Virus record (IMG/VR): IMGVR_UViG_3300032305_000417
Coordinates: 1-33,682 of that record
Strand: one strand, 5' to 3'
Origin: a virus
Lineage: Duplodnaviria > Caudoviricetes
DNA length: 33,682 nucleotides
Shown here: in pieces, positions 19,277 through 28,019 of the stretch
How the letters are laid out: the number at the start of each line of letters is the position of its first letter
Position numbering within the stretch: position 1 is the stretch's first letter
Translations under genes and position numbers: made by a program
The notes under the pieces: generated by a model
The model's input: only the letters and a program-made list of their open reading frames with translations
Database searches by the model: none
Told to the model about the DNA's origin: nothing

Positions 19277-20176
19277 TTACCGAATTTTCCCCGCTTTGCG
19301 TAGCTCTTTCCACTGTGCTGCTGTACCAAAAAAGACCCCATTGGAATCTAGTGGAACATCAGGTGTGTTCTTGCCGCCGCGAATCGGTTGAATCGGTGCT
19401 GGTGCTTTACTTCTAACAATAGGGGTTGGTTTCTCAGCTTCAGGCTCTTTAGCCTCAAACCTTGCCTCCAACTTTCCAATTTCCCTCAACGCCTGTTTGG
19501 GCGACAAACCAGCGATCTTCTTAGCGACTTCATCATTTTCAGCTAGGTGGTATAGGATTTGTGGGCCTACATCACTCTCCAGAATAGCATCACGAATATC
19601 GTCATTAACGACCACATCGCTTGATGCAACAATGTCATCAAAATCTGGCAACGATTGCTTGGCTGCTTCTACTTTGCTAGTCCATTGGGTAATAACCTTT
19701 TGGCGTTGCTCGGCTTCTTTAGCTTGCGCTTCTTGTTGCTTCATTTCACCGATTCGTTTATCTGCCGTGTACTCTGCTAGAGCCTCGGCATATTCAAACG
19801 CATCGCTGAATTGACTAGGTTGTGGCTTTTCGTCAGTAGGGTTGGCTTTTGGCTTTCCCTGACTTTCTAAAGCTGCCAAACGCTGTTCTAGGGCTTGCCT
19901 TGCTTCACGTTCTGTCTGCGCTTCTTTCCGCGCTTCTTCACGTTGCTTGGTAATCTCACTAAAACGGCGCTCAAGTTTTGGATTTTGCTTGCGCTCACCC
20001 TCTTGTTTTGCTTCGGCTTCTGCTTCTTCAGGTTCACTCCGTTCGTCAACCGCTTCAGGCTCCGAGGATTCCTCGGCCACTGGCGCTGCTGGTGATTCGG
20101 CTAAACCTAATCTGTTTGCATAAAATTCCGCTGCGTTGTCGCTGGTCAAAACTTGACCTGCTTCTTTTTCAGACAT
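19277..20176 (-). CDS. Scaffolding protein
   Basis: Acidic coiled coil (ERRFSEITKQR), GPQILYHLAEN, basic C-terminal helix; directly upstream of coat. Confidence 0.85.
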   Translation of the reverse strand: MSEKEAGQVLTSDNAAEFYANRLGLAESPAAPVAEESSEPEAVDERSEPEEAEAEAKQEGERKQNPKLERRFSEITKQREEARKEAQTEREARQALEQRLAALESQGKPKANPTDEKPQPSQFSDAFEYAEALAEYTADKRIGEMKQQEAQAKEAEQRQKVITQWTSKVEAAKQSLPDFDDIVASSDVVVNDDIRDAILESDVGPQILYHLAENDEVAKKIAGLSPKQALREIGKLEARFEAKEPEAEKPTPIVRSKAPAPIQPIRGGKNTPDVPLDSNGVFFGTAAQWKELRKAGKIR

Positions 20177-20229
20177 TACGTTGTCACTCCGAATTTACCC
20201 AGTTAACCTAACTGGTAAGGCTTGTGTAG

Positions 20230-20259
20230 TTTATACCACACTTTTATTTTAAACGTCAA
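20230..20259 (-). promoter_or_regulatory. Sigma70-like promoter for scaffold/coat genes
   Basis: TTGACG-18 nt-TATAAA with TGn extended -10. Confidence 0.6.
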
Positions 20260-20460
20260 TTACTGAGCATCATTTAGTTGTTTTAAAAGTGCATCCATTG
20301 CGCCTTTTTTACCCAAAGACGCTTTGAGTTTTGCATATCTTGGATGGTTTTTAACTCTTTCAAATTGCTCATCAACAGGCTTTTCTTTTTTCAAAATGCC
20401 TTTTTTCTCCATGAACTCGCGGTCATAGGATGCTTTGTTTTCACTTGTTACGGTTGCCAT
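20260..20460 (-). CDS. Small basic hypothetical protein
   Basis: 66 aa, AAGGA RBS, between portal and scaffold. Confidence 0.7.
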   Translation of the reverse strand: MATVTSENKASYDREFMEKKGILKKEKPVDEQFERVKNHPRYAKLKASLGKKGAMDALLKQLNDAQ

Positions 20461-20469
20461 GTTAATTCC

Positions 20470-22581
20470 TTACTGGTTCATGATAGGGTTTTGACTATTA
20501 TCAATGTCTGAGACGGCAAATTGTGCCGCTTGCAGTTGGTCTGCGTTGCGTCTTTCAATTTCTTGCAGGATTCGGCTAGTGTCCATGTTGTGCAACAAAA
20601 GCTGAACAATTGCATCAATCTCCGTCTTGTTCTGGCTTGTGATTGAACGTGTGTTTTGGTCGTTAACCCGCACTTCAGCCATTGTTTCTGTGTTGTGGGC
20701 GCGGCTTGTAACATCCATGAGCTTGCGCTTGTTGTTGTTTTCTTCTTTGATCTGAGCCACAGACTGACCATATTTCAGGTCCAGTTCCATTGCCTGCATT
20801 TGTTGTTGCATTTGCTCCATTTGCTGCTTGGCCTGCGCCAATTGCATCTGAACTTGCGGCGGGATGTCAGATTTGTCATCAATCTGCGCCAACGGGTTAA
20901 GCGTAGCCAAACGGTCTGCAATAACGTCTGCGCCTGGGAAGTCTTGGTTTCTGAAGTACAGATCGCCAATCTTTTCCATCAAAGCAGGGTCAGCGGCCAG
21001 AATCGGGCCAATGCTTGCCACGGCTTCTTGGCGCTTGCTGTCGTAGCCTGGGCCTGTATCCATCACCACATCATATTGGCCAATGGTCAGGTCATTCAGG
21101 ATTCGACCTGTTGCTTCGCGTTGGTTCATTGTCAGCAACTCAGGTTTGCCATCGTCACCAATAATCCGCATCACGCGTTGTGTGTCGTAGATTTTAGGAA
21201 TCAAATCCAGACAAATCCTACCAATGTGCGAGATAGAACGGGTCAGGTTGTCGTAATAGTCGTAATTGGTCAGGTCAACTTGCTGCTGTTGGCCATTCAA
21301 AGCCTTGCCAGAAATGTTGCCTTGACCTAGCTGTGCAGGGTCAAACACGCCCATGATTGCTTTGATGTCGTTATCTACACCCATAGCAGCGGCCATGATG
21401 CCAGCTTGCGGTGGCTCTGGTTGCAGACGTTGTGGCACAGGTGCAGGGCGACCTTCAATGTCTGTCTGCTTGTAGCGCAACAGCGGGAATGACTTAATGT
21501 TTGCCTGCGCCCAATCGTTTTCGTGGCCTTCGTCTTGACCTTCAGCAATTAGCCACTTAGCCTTTGGAGCCAATGCAACGCCTTCGGTGATAGAAGTCTG
21601 CCAGAAGTTGTACATACGCTGCGGGTCTTTGGCATTGCGAATCATGCCAAATTTCTTACGCTTGTCGCCCACAACCAAATGACGGCCATAAACAGGCACG
21701 ATTGGAATGTAGCGGCCAGCCCATGTGCCTTCTTCAATGATTTCGTTGGCTGTTAGCTTGCAGTATTTAATGGTTTTCTTGTATGACGGGCGCTGGTCAA
21801 TCACCACAATGCCAGCAGAAGCTAAACGCGCAAACAAATCTTTATCTTCTGCAAAGGTGCTTGAGCCATCACTTAACTGATACAACGTGGCTTTCTCGCG
21901 CACCGTGTAGTAATACTCAGCAAGCCTAATATCTTCTTTAGTAATCCATTCTGATTGGCTGTCACCAGTACCACGTTGCGTAAATGATGTGCCATTGCCA
22001 TCATCTGCATCTGGATACAGCTTTGCAAATTCCTTTTTTGGCATCATTGTTGTAATTAAACAACGGTCAGCGTCAGAGCCATCAGGGGCAACAGAATTAG
22101 GGTCAAAGTAAACAGTAAACGGATTGTCTACGGGGTCGATAAAGATTTCTTGGTCGAATGAATCTTCTGTAACGTAGTCTGTACGCACACGGATATAGCC
22201 CCAACCCATACGAACAGCGTATTCAAAAGCGTTATCGTAAGCGTGATCGGCGTTTGAATTGACTTCAATGTGGCGAATGACCCCCTGAATAACTTGCGCG
22301 TCAACCATGTCCTGCTGCGTATTAGTAGCATGAACTTTGATGCGTGGGCGTTGTTGGCGCTGTTGGTTACAGACTTGGCGGCAATAGTTATCCACCTTGT
22401 TTACGACAATTACGGGGCGTGATTCCAAATTGCGAGAGTTTTGCAACTCCACAGGCCATTGATCGCCGCCGCCAAACTTGAGGTCTTCAAGAGCCTCTTG
22501 ACGGTTCATTGTGTCGGCATCGTTTGCCAATTTCAGGAATTCAATTGCTTCTTGAATCCGTGGGTCGTAATCATCTGCCAT
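20470..22581 (-). CDS. Portal protein (P22 gp1-like)
   Basis: EDLKFGGGDQW, IPIVPVYG, AKDPQRMYNFW, ISGKAL, GQYDVVMDTGP motifs; Gln-rich barrel region. Confidence 0.93.
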   Translation of the reverse strand: MADDYDPRIQEAIEFLKLANDADTMNRQEALEDLKFGGGDQWPVELQNSRNLESRPVIVVNKVDNYCRQVCNQQRQQRPRIKVHATNTQQDMVDAQVIQGVIRHIEVNSNADHAYDNAFEYAVRMGWGYIRVRTDYVTEDSFDQEIFIDPVDNPFTVYFDPNSVAPDGSDADRCLITTMMPKKEFAKLYPDADDGNGTSFTQRGTGDSQSEWITKEDIRLAEYYYTVREKATLYQLSDGSSTFAEDKDLFARLASAGIVVIDQRPSYKKTIKYCKLTANEIIEEGTWAGRYIPIVPVYGRHLVVGDKRKKFGMIRNAKDPQRMYNFWQTSITEGVALAPKAKWLIAEGQDEGHENDWAQANIKSFPLLRYKQTDIEGRPAPVPQRLQPEPPQAGIMAAAMGVDNDIKAIMGVFDPAQLGQGNISGKALNGQQQQVDLTNYDYYDNLTRSISHIGRICLDLIPKIYDTQRVMRIIGDDGKPELLTMNQREATGRILNDLTIGQYDVVMDTGPGYDSKRQEAVASIGPILAADPALMEKIGDLYFRNQDFPGADVIADRLATLNPLAQIDDKSDIPPQVQMQLAQAKQQMEQMQQQMQAMELDLKYGQSVAQIKEENNNKRKLMDVTSRAHNTETMAEVRVNDQNTRSITSQNKTEIDAIVQLLLHNMDTSRILQEIERRNADQLQAAQFAVSDIDNSQNPIMNQ

Positions 22582-22608
22582 ATATGTCCTTTGACAAGTT
22601 GCCTAATT

Positions 22609-23892
22609 TTAGCCCATCCAGCTATTAGCGCCACCGTAATTTTGCGTTGGCCTAGTCTGCCTACGCTGTTTTGGTTCGTTAATCATCAATCCAATGTATC
22701 TAAACGCATCAGCGCCATGTGAATATTGGTCGTGAACGGGTGTTTTACTGAATTGCTTGGTATCTGGGTCTACATCGTAACGGTAGTGCCGCAGGCATTG
22801 CAACCCGTCATGGCAGTTGTCGCGGTCAAACCAGCAATTCCTAAAAATTGTTCTAGCAGCGTTGATGCTGTCCATGATTGGTGTTCTAGGAATGATCTTG
22901 GTCTTGTAGCCAGCAGCCCTAACAATTTCCTCAATGCTGCGGCCATTGCCTGCCAGCGTCTTGTTCTCAGCGTCATGCGGCAACCACAACGTATCATAGA
23001 TATAGCCAAACGTCTGCATTTTGGCTAAGTAGTCGCTAATTGTGGTTTGGTTGCCTTCAATGTAGCGAATCAAGCGCGTTTCCATGCCTACAAACTGCAA
23101 GAACCAAATAGCCGTAGCGTCAGACCAACCCAAATCAAAAATAGCGTGTACGGGCTTTGTCGGGTCGTAGTTAACCTTTGTGATGCGGCCATCCAACTCA
23201 GCAAGCTGCATTTCCTTGGCAAACACAGCGCCATCAACCGTCTGGCGGCACAAACCTTCCCACACTACGTTATAGGCTTGCGGGTCACGGGCTTTTAACG
23301 CGTCTTTCTCATCCCGCAACGTGTCAGGAAACCAAGGGTTATCCGACCAGTTGATCTTTTGAACGATTGCGTTGTCAGGCTTGTGGATAACAAACCGTTG
23401 GTAGGTTTCGTCTGTCTCTAGCTCTGGGTTAAACGTAATCCATATCTCGGATTGTTCTTTGCGGATGGTAGGAATCAACACGTTCCAGCTTAAACGGCTA
23501 GTCGTTTGCGCTTCTTCTACCCAACAAATGTCCACGCCCTCATAAGACTTGACGTTTGCCACGTTGTTCTTCAGGCCGACAAAGTTAAATTCTGAGCCGT
23601 TCTTGCCCCTGATCGTGTTCTGGGTGATCTCATAGAACCCCAACAGACCAAGCGCCTCAATCTGGTCGCACAACAGCTTGTGTACTGAATCACGAATTGA
23701 GGTCTGAAACTCACGGGCGCACAGTATGCGTAACGGGTCTTTTGCTGCCTTAATCAGCAATGCCCTTGCAACACCCCAAGACTTAGCGCCACCACGACCA
23801 CCGTAAAGAACCTTGTAGCGTGACTTTTCAAACAAGCATTGCAGCTTGATCGGGAACTGTGCTTTAGCTATTGCGCCCTGTAAGTCACTCAT
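22609..23892 (-). CDS. terL: Terminase large subunit (PBSX/XtmB-like)
   Basis: Walker A YGGRGGAKS, Walker B WVEEAQ, ITFNP, nuclease DLGWSD and HGADAFRY. Confidence 0.95.
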   Translation of the reverse strand: MSDLQGAIAKAQFPIKLQCLFEKSRYKVLYGGRGGAKSWGVARALLIKAAKDPLRILCAREFQTSIRDSVHKLLCDQIEALGLLGFYEITQNTIRGKNGSEFNFVGLKNNVANVKSYEGVDICWVEEAQTTSRLSWNVLIPTIRKEQSEIWITFNPELETDETYQRFVIHKPDNAIVQKINWSDNPWFPDTLRDEKDALKARDPQAYNVVWEGLCRQTVDGAVFAKEMQLAELDGRITKVNYDPTKPVHAIFDLGWSDATAIWFLQFVGMETRLIRYIEGNQTTISDYLAKMQTFGYIYDTLWLPHDAENKTLAGNGRSIEEIVRAAGYKTKIIPRTPIMDSINAARTIFRNCWFDRDNCHDGLQCLRHYRYDVDPDTKQFSKTPVHDQYSHGADAFRYIGLMINEPKQRRQTRPTQNYGGANSWMG

Positions 23893-24289
23893 TAGGCTTT
23901 ACAAAGGTGACTTGGATGCCAGCTAATAGCGGCGTTCCATCAACACCTGTAATCTCGGTCTTTGTGCTTTCACGGTACTTCTTAGGAAACCTTGCAGCCA
24001 TTGACCGCGACCACAACGAAGCGTTTAAGCGGTCACTTTCTTTGTTCTCGACCATGTAAGCAGCGGCTTGTTCTTCCCACCATGCCTGCTCATAAGTCTT
24101 GGCTTCTTCCAAGGCTTGCGAAAATTCTTCATGCCGATCACGCCACTCATACAAAGTTCTTACGGGCGTATGCAAATGGAAACAGATTTGCTCAATAGAT
24201 TTACCCAAGCGCCCTAGTTCTACAACGGTCTCGCAATATGCGGGGTTGTATGTGGTTGGTCTACCAACAGGGCGCTTAGTTTCAGTCAT
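23885..24289 (-). CDS. terS: Terminase small subunit
   Basis: GRPTTYNP, HTH-like TLYEWRDRHEEFSQAL, overlaps terL start. Confidence 0.85.
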   Translation of the reverse strand: MTETKRPVGRPTTYNPAYCETVVELGRLGKSIEQICFHLHTPVRTLYEWRDRHEEFSQALEEAKTYEQAWWEEQAAAYMVENKESDRLNASLWSRSMAARFPKKYRESTKTEITGVDGTPLLAGIQVTFVKPNE

Positions 24290-24447
24290 TTTTTGGCAGT
24301 CTTTGCGGCTTCTTTAAACGCTTTGGCTGTGGGTGCGCCCTTAGTGCCAGGCGTTCTCATCTTCTCCGCAGGCTTACCTTCCGCTTTTTGGCGTTCGATA
24401 CGTTCCTGTTTTTTGTGAATATTGGCATAAAGTCCAGGTTTTGACAT
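24286..24447 (-). CDS. Small Lys/Ala-rich protein (53 aa, not in ORF track)
   Basis: MSKPGLYANIHKKQERI...GAPTAKAFKEAAKTAKK; coupled overlaps at both ends. Confidence 0.75.
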   Translation of the reverse strand: MSKPGLYANIHKKQERIERQKAEGKPAEKMRTPGTKGAPTAKAFKEAAKTAKK

Positions 24448-24719
24448 TAGCAGTTCCAGTTCTTTAATGATGCTTTAGCCCGTTCCGCTGGGCCTTTAGC
24501 GTTCTTTACTACGCCTTCCATCCTTGCACAGAAACTAGCCTTTCGGCCTTCATCTGCCTTAGTCTTTGGGTTTGGCGCTGGTGGCTTTAGGTTAGAGTTG
24601 TTTTTTGCATTGTATTCAGCACGACCTTTGGCGGTCATTCCTGCGCCTTTTTCCGTTGGATTATAGGTTTTACCCTTACCCGTGGTTTTATGCTCGATAG
24701 GCTTGTCGTGCTTTTTCAT
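24447..24719 (-). CDS. Small basic phage protein (DUF6321-like)
   Basis: GMTAKGRAEYN..LKPPAP..RKASFCARM..LKNWNC. Confidence 0.7.
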   Translation of the reverse strand: MKKHDKPIEHKTTGKGKTYNPTEKGAGMTAKGRAEYNAKNNSNLKPPAPNPKTKADEGRKASFCARMEGVVKNAKGPAERAKASLKNWNC

Positions 24720-24856
24720 TTCTTTTTGGCCTTCTGTGCTTCACGCTTTTCGGCATAGGCAATCGCCACGGCTTGCTTGACAGGCTTGCCTGCCTTCACT
24801 TCCGCTTTGATGTTTTCTTTAAACGCTTTCGGGCTGGCTGATTTCTTCAGGGGCAT
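24716..24856 (-). CDS. Small Lys-rich protein (46 aa, not in ORF track)
   Basis: MPLKKSASPKAFKENIKAEVKAGKPVKQAVAIAYAEKREAQKAKKK; ATGA overlap. Confidence 0.75.
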   Translation of the reverse strand: MPLKKSASPKAFKENIKAEVKAGKPVKQAVAIAYAEKREAQKAKKK

Positions 24857-24986
24857 CTTGCTTTTCCAGTTCGGTTAATGTCCATTGGCATTGCTGCAAT
24901 GCACCATTGATTTGCATGATCTGCTGTTCCAATTCCTTGCCTTTGGCCATCAGGTCTTGAATACGCAGGTTAATTGTTTCTTTCAT
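24819..24986 (-). CDS. Small coiled-coil protein (55 aa, not in ORF track)
   Basis: MKETINLRIQDLMAKGKELEQQIMQINGALQQCQW...; GGAG RBS. Confidence 0.65.
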   Translation of the reverse strand: MKETINLRIQDLMAKGKELEQQIMQINGALQQCQWTLTELEKQDAPEEISQPESV

Positions 24987-25099
24987 TTCTTTTCTCCAGT
25001 TACTACGGTTGCTTGTTTATACAGTCTTGGGCGTTTCTTTGGGTCTTTGCGTTCTAGAAGTTTGCCAATCTTCCAAACTAACCATTTGATCTTGTTCAT
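24983..25099 (-). CDS. Small basic peptide (38 aa)
   Basis: MNKIKWLVWKIGKLLERKDPKKRPRLY...; ATGA overlaps at both ends. Confidence 0.5.
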   Translation of the reverse strand: MNKIKWLVWKIGKLLERKDPKKRPRLYKQATVVTGEKK

Positions 25100-25383
25100 G
25101 CTTCTTCTACAAAACAAATGTCTTGCCAACTCATCCGCAAACAAATGTCTTCACCAATTTTAATCGGCTCAAACTTCAAATATTCGTCTTTGGCTGTGTC
25201 TGCTACTGTGCCGTAATGCACTAAATCGCCCATCTTTAAACCTTGGCGCATAGCATCATCACCTAACGCAACCACATGGCCTGTGGTGAAAGCGCCTTCT
25301 ACCTTGCTTAAGTCCAACAGGTCAGACTTAAAACGTTGTTCAGGCTTGACAATGATCTTGTCTCGTAATGGCTTAATGGTCAT
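25096..25383 (-). CDS. GroES-like co-chaperonin
   Basis: IKPLRDKIIVKP, GHVVALG, LKMGDLVHY, MSWQDI pattern of Cpn10. Confidence 0.8.
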   Translation of the reverse strand: MTIKPLRDKIIVKPEQRFKSDLLDLSKVEGAFTTGHVVALGDDAMRQGLKMGDLVHYGTVADTAKDEYLKFEPIKIGEDICLRMSWQDICFVEEA

Positions 25384-25597
25384 ACGACACCTTTGGCGGT
25401 CTGCCCTTACGCTTTGGCGGCTCAGATACAACTGGCAACGCAAGCATATCTAATACAGGTTCTCCGTATTCCAAAGCCAAAAATTCACCGCAACGCTCGT
25501 TGGGTGATCTGTTTTGGTACTGCGGATAACGCCTACAAGTACCTACGCTGTGGCCACTATCAACAAAGTGATCGCAGCCTCTACATGATTTATCCAT
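25373..25597 (-). CDS. Four-Cys metal-binding small protein
   Basis: CRGCDHF...CRRYP...CGEF, basic tail KRKGRPPK. Confidence 0.65.
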   Translation of the reverse strand: MDKSCRGCDHFVDSGHSVGTCRRYPQYQNRSPNERCGEFLALEYGEPVLDMLALPVVSEPPKRKGRPPKVSYDH

Positions 25598-26087
25598 GAT
25601 TTGCATATTCCCCATGATGTTCAGTTCTGAAAGCAACAGCAGCATTTTTTGCCACTTCTAAATCATCAAATCTACCAACAAATGTTTTTTTATTATCAAC
25701 ATACACTTGGACTTCCCATTTGTTTCGAGCTTTTGCCCATGAAACATTTTTTACGCCAGATGTGTTTTTGTTTGACAAACCTTTGTTTAAAAGGTTTTGA
25801 GAACGAGTTGCAGGTCGCAAATTCTCAATTTTGTTGTTTTGCTTATTACCATCAATGTGATCAATTTCAACTGGCAAATAACTATGATGAAACAAGAAAA
25901 TAATACGATGCGCCCGATACATTCGGTTGTTAATCGTAATTCTCCAATAACCACGGTCACCCAATTGACCAGCCTTTTGACCAATTTTTACATGGGGTCT
26001 AGCTATTTTCCAAAATAGGAAACCATCACGATACTCAAACAGTTCGTGAAGTAAATCTTTTGACAAGCTAAAATCTATCTCAGCCAT
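25590..26087 (-). CDS. HNH homing endonuclease with AP2-like domain
   Basis: AHRIIF..IDHIDGNKQNNKIENLR; SGVKNVSW..KWEVQV..VGRF; AAGGAG RBS. Confidence 0.92.
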   Translation of the reverse strand: MAEIDFSLSKDLLHELFEYRDGFLFWKIARPHVKIGQKAGQLGDRGYWRITINNRMYRAHRIIFLFHHSYLPVEIDHIDGNKQNNKIENLRPATRSQNLLNKGLSNKNTSGVKNVSWAKARNKWEVQVYVDNKKTFVGRFDDLEVAKNAAVAFRTEHHGEYANHG

Positions 26088-26114
26088 TTCAACTCCTTTT
26101 TAGTTGTTTGGTTA

Positions 26115-26151
26115 GAAGCCTTTGCAATCCCTTCACGGTTGCAGAGGTTTC
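26115..26151 (+). ncRNA. Intergenic stem-loop, folds best on plus strand
   Basis: GAAGCCTTTGCAA pairs with TTGCAGAGGTTTC; two G-U pairs on plus strand are A-C mismatches on minus strand. Confidence 0.45.
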
Positions 26152-26157
26152 GCTATT

Positions 26158-26373
26158 TTAACGGTATGCAGCTTTTTCTTTAACGTAACAAATGCCAGCA
26201 GTTTTGCCAGTATTGAACAGTTTATCTGAACCTACTTTATCTTCCATGCCTTGAGCCACGCCGCCAACAACTTTACCCATGCGGTTGCCGCTGTTGTCTG
26301 GCTTGTCAGCGCCTTTGGGTGGCGTTGCGCCAGTAGAACTTGGTGCGCCTTTGCCTGTATCCATTTTACCCAT
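26158..26373 (-). CDS. Small Gly/Lys-rich hypothetical protein
   Basis: 71 aa, AAGGA RBS; probable first gene of late arm. Confidence 0.7.
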   Translation of the reverse strand: MGKMDTGKGAPSSTGATPPKGADKPDNSGNRMGKVVGGVAQGMEDKVGSDKLFNTGKTAGICYVKEKAAYR

Positions 26374-26453
26374 GATAATTTCCTTAAGAAAGTTGTTTGG
26401 TGACTTTATGCCGTTGGTGGCACAATGTCAATGTTATTTTAACAGGAATTCCT

Positions 26454-26621
26454 ATGGCTACCAATTTCACAATCTCTGGCGACATGAAATCTAAAAAAAC
26501 CCCAACTGGCCACTATGAACCAGAAAAACAACACAAATCAGAAATGAAGCGTATTGTTGCTGTTGAAAAAGAACTAAAAAAACACAAAAAAATGCCAGCC
26601 GCCAAAGCTCACGGCAAGTGA
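26454..26621 (+). CDS. Small basic protein, opposite strand to neighbours
   Basis: CAGGA RBS then MATNFTISG...KELKKHKKMPAAKAHGK. Confidence 0.6.
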   Translation: MATNFTISGDMKSKKTPTGHYEPEKQHKSEMKRIVAVEKELKKHKKMPAAKAHGK

Positions 26622-26920
26622 TCTGGCCACAGGTTTTGGCCTTTTAATCGGCTTACAGTCCTAAAGTAAGCCAAGTCCCACAACATTCGGCGCTGTTCTT
26701 TACTTAGTCTTGCGCCTGAATCTAACTCTGCGTGGCAGGTTTGGCATAACGCAGCCGTGAATTCGTCACTTGCCTTGATTCCCCTGCCTTTGCCGTGTTC
26801 AGCCCAATTACTGTGCGCGGCTTGAGTTTGGTCTTCTATGTAGCAATTCTGACAAGGCAAACTGGCCACATTCTTTAAATGCTTGGTGCTGCGGTAATAG
26901 TTAAACTTTGGAATCATCAT
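26609..26920 (-). CDS. Zn-binding HNH-like nuclease (DUF968/DUF1364-like)
   Basis: LPCQNC..QAAHSN..GKGRGIKASD..ALCQTCH. Confidence 0.7.
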   Translation of the reverse strand: MMIPKFNYYRSTKHLKNVASLPCQNCYIEDQTQAAHSNWAEHGKGRGIKASDEFTAALCQTCHAELDSGARLSKEQRRMLWDLAYFRTVSRLKGQNLWPDHLP

Positions 26921-27249
26921 CGCATAGCTTTGTCTGTACGGTTTCCAGCGTAAATATTCGCTTTTTCGGCTTCAATTCGTGCCTGTGCTGCCACCATGAG
27001 CCAGCGGGTGCGCTCTCTTTGCTCTACTGCCGCCTGCAATGCCAGTAAGTGCTGTGTATATTTTGGGTCTGCGTAGGCTTCCCGTTCTTGGGCGGCTGTT
27101 GTTTTATGGCCTTGCAGCTCAAAATCTTTCATTAACTGCGCTTTTACGGTTTTGCGAAGTTCCGTCATGTAAACAAGTTGCGCCTCTGCTACTGCGTAAC
27201 TTCCTGCATGGTCACGCAAATAATCAACAGCTTTATCAAGGTTGCTCAT
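26917..27249 (-). CDS. Helical nin-region hypothetical protein (possibly UvsY-like)
   Basis: LRKTVKAQLM..AAQEREAYADPKY motif. Confidence 0.6.
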   Translation of the reverse strand: MSNLDKAVDYLRDHAGSYAVAEAQLVYMTELRKTVKAQLMKDFELQGHKTTAAQEREAYADPKYTQHLLALQAAVEQRERTRWLMVAAQARIEAEKANIYAGNRTDKAMR

Positions 27250-27527
27250 ATCACCCCAATCATTCGTAAAGCGGCCTCTGGGCCATCAACAATACAAACT
27301 GGGCCTTGCCATGCGCCATGCCACTTAATCTGGTCTTCTGTGAGCCTCTGAGCCGATTTAGACTTATTCCCGTCTTTGACTTCCATCAAAAGATTTACCC
27401 CATTAAATGAAACCAGCAAATCAGGCACACCCTTACCCACAGCAGCTAATGATTGAACTGATGCGCCAGCAGCACGAAGCGCCGACACTACTTGACAGTG
27501 ATTAGCGTCCACCTTAGCGTATTTCAT
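27246..27527 (-). CDS. PD-(D/E)XK nuclease, VRR-NUC / Holliday-junction resolvase-like
   Basis: KVDANH, GVPDLLV, LMEVKDG, LTEDQ..W. Confidence 0.8.
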   Translation of the reverse strand: MKYAKVDANHCQVVSALRAAGASVQSLAAVGKGVPDLLVSFNGVNLLMEVKDGNKSKSAQRLTEDQIKWHGAWQGPVCIVDGPEAALRMIGVI

Positions 27528-27625
27528 TCTTTGTAACTAATCATCAAAATGCACACTAACGTAGCGACTGTTATAACAACGCCGATTCCGATCAGCAGCA
27601 CAATGGTTGCAATGTTTTCAATCAT
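27524..27625 (-). CDS. 33-aa single-TM peptide
   Basis: MIENIATIVLLIGIGVVITVATLVCILMISYKE; AAGGA RBS, ATGA overlap. Confidence 0.55.
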   Translation of the reverse strand: MIENIATIVLLIGIGVVITVATLVCILMISYKE

Positions 27626-27633
27626 TTTTTTCC

Positions 27634-27819
27634 TTAGTGTACGGAAATAACGTATTCACATTTTTCATTGTCTAAAGGTGGCGCAGATACAAACCAAGGT
27701 GTTCTTTCACCACTTGGTTGTTGCTCCAACACTCTACGGCAAGTGCTGCAAGGTGTTACCAGCTTGGTATCATTATCTCGCCAGCCTTCACAGCGGCAAA
27801 TATCAAAGGGCAGCGTCAT
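27634..27819 (-). CDS. Cys-rich hypothetical protein
   Basis: LPFDICRC..CSTCRR..CEY. Confidence 0.6.
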   Translation of the reverse strand: MTLPFDICRCEGWRDNDTKLVTPCSTCRRVLEQQPSGERTPWFVSAPPLDNEKCEYVISVH

Positions 27820-28019
27820 TCGTCAACACCGTTCATTTCAAACTCAATGCGCTCGATGGCTTTACGCTCATCTTGCCAAACTAGCTTGTCGTAATCGGCT
27901 TGGGTCATGTTAAGCCACGCTTTACTAGTTGCATCCAGTACGTCAATAACGCGCTGAATGTCCTCTGGCGACTGTTCATAATCCAACTCTGCAAATGCTT
28001 GATTCAGTTTGGTGTTCAT
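27816..28019 (-). CDS. Hypothetical protein
   Basis: AAGGAG RBS, ATGA overlaps. Confidence 0.65.
   Translation of the reverse strand: MNTKLNQAFAELDYEQSPEDIQRVIDVLDATSKAWLNMTQADYDKLVWQDERKAIERIEFEMNGVDE

Noticed and set aside
20656-21330. Long plus-strand ORFs opposite structural genes (e.g. 224 aa here)
   Set aside because: Antisense shadows of codon-biased real genes; no RBS or recognisable motifs
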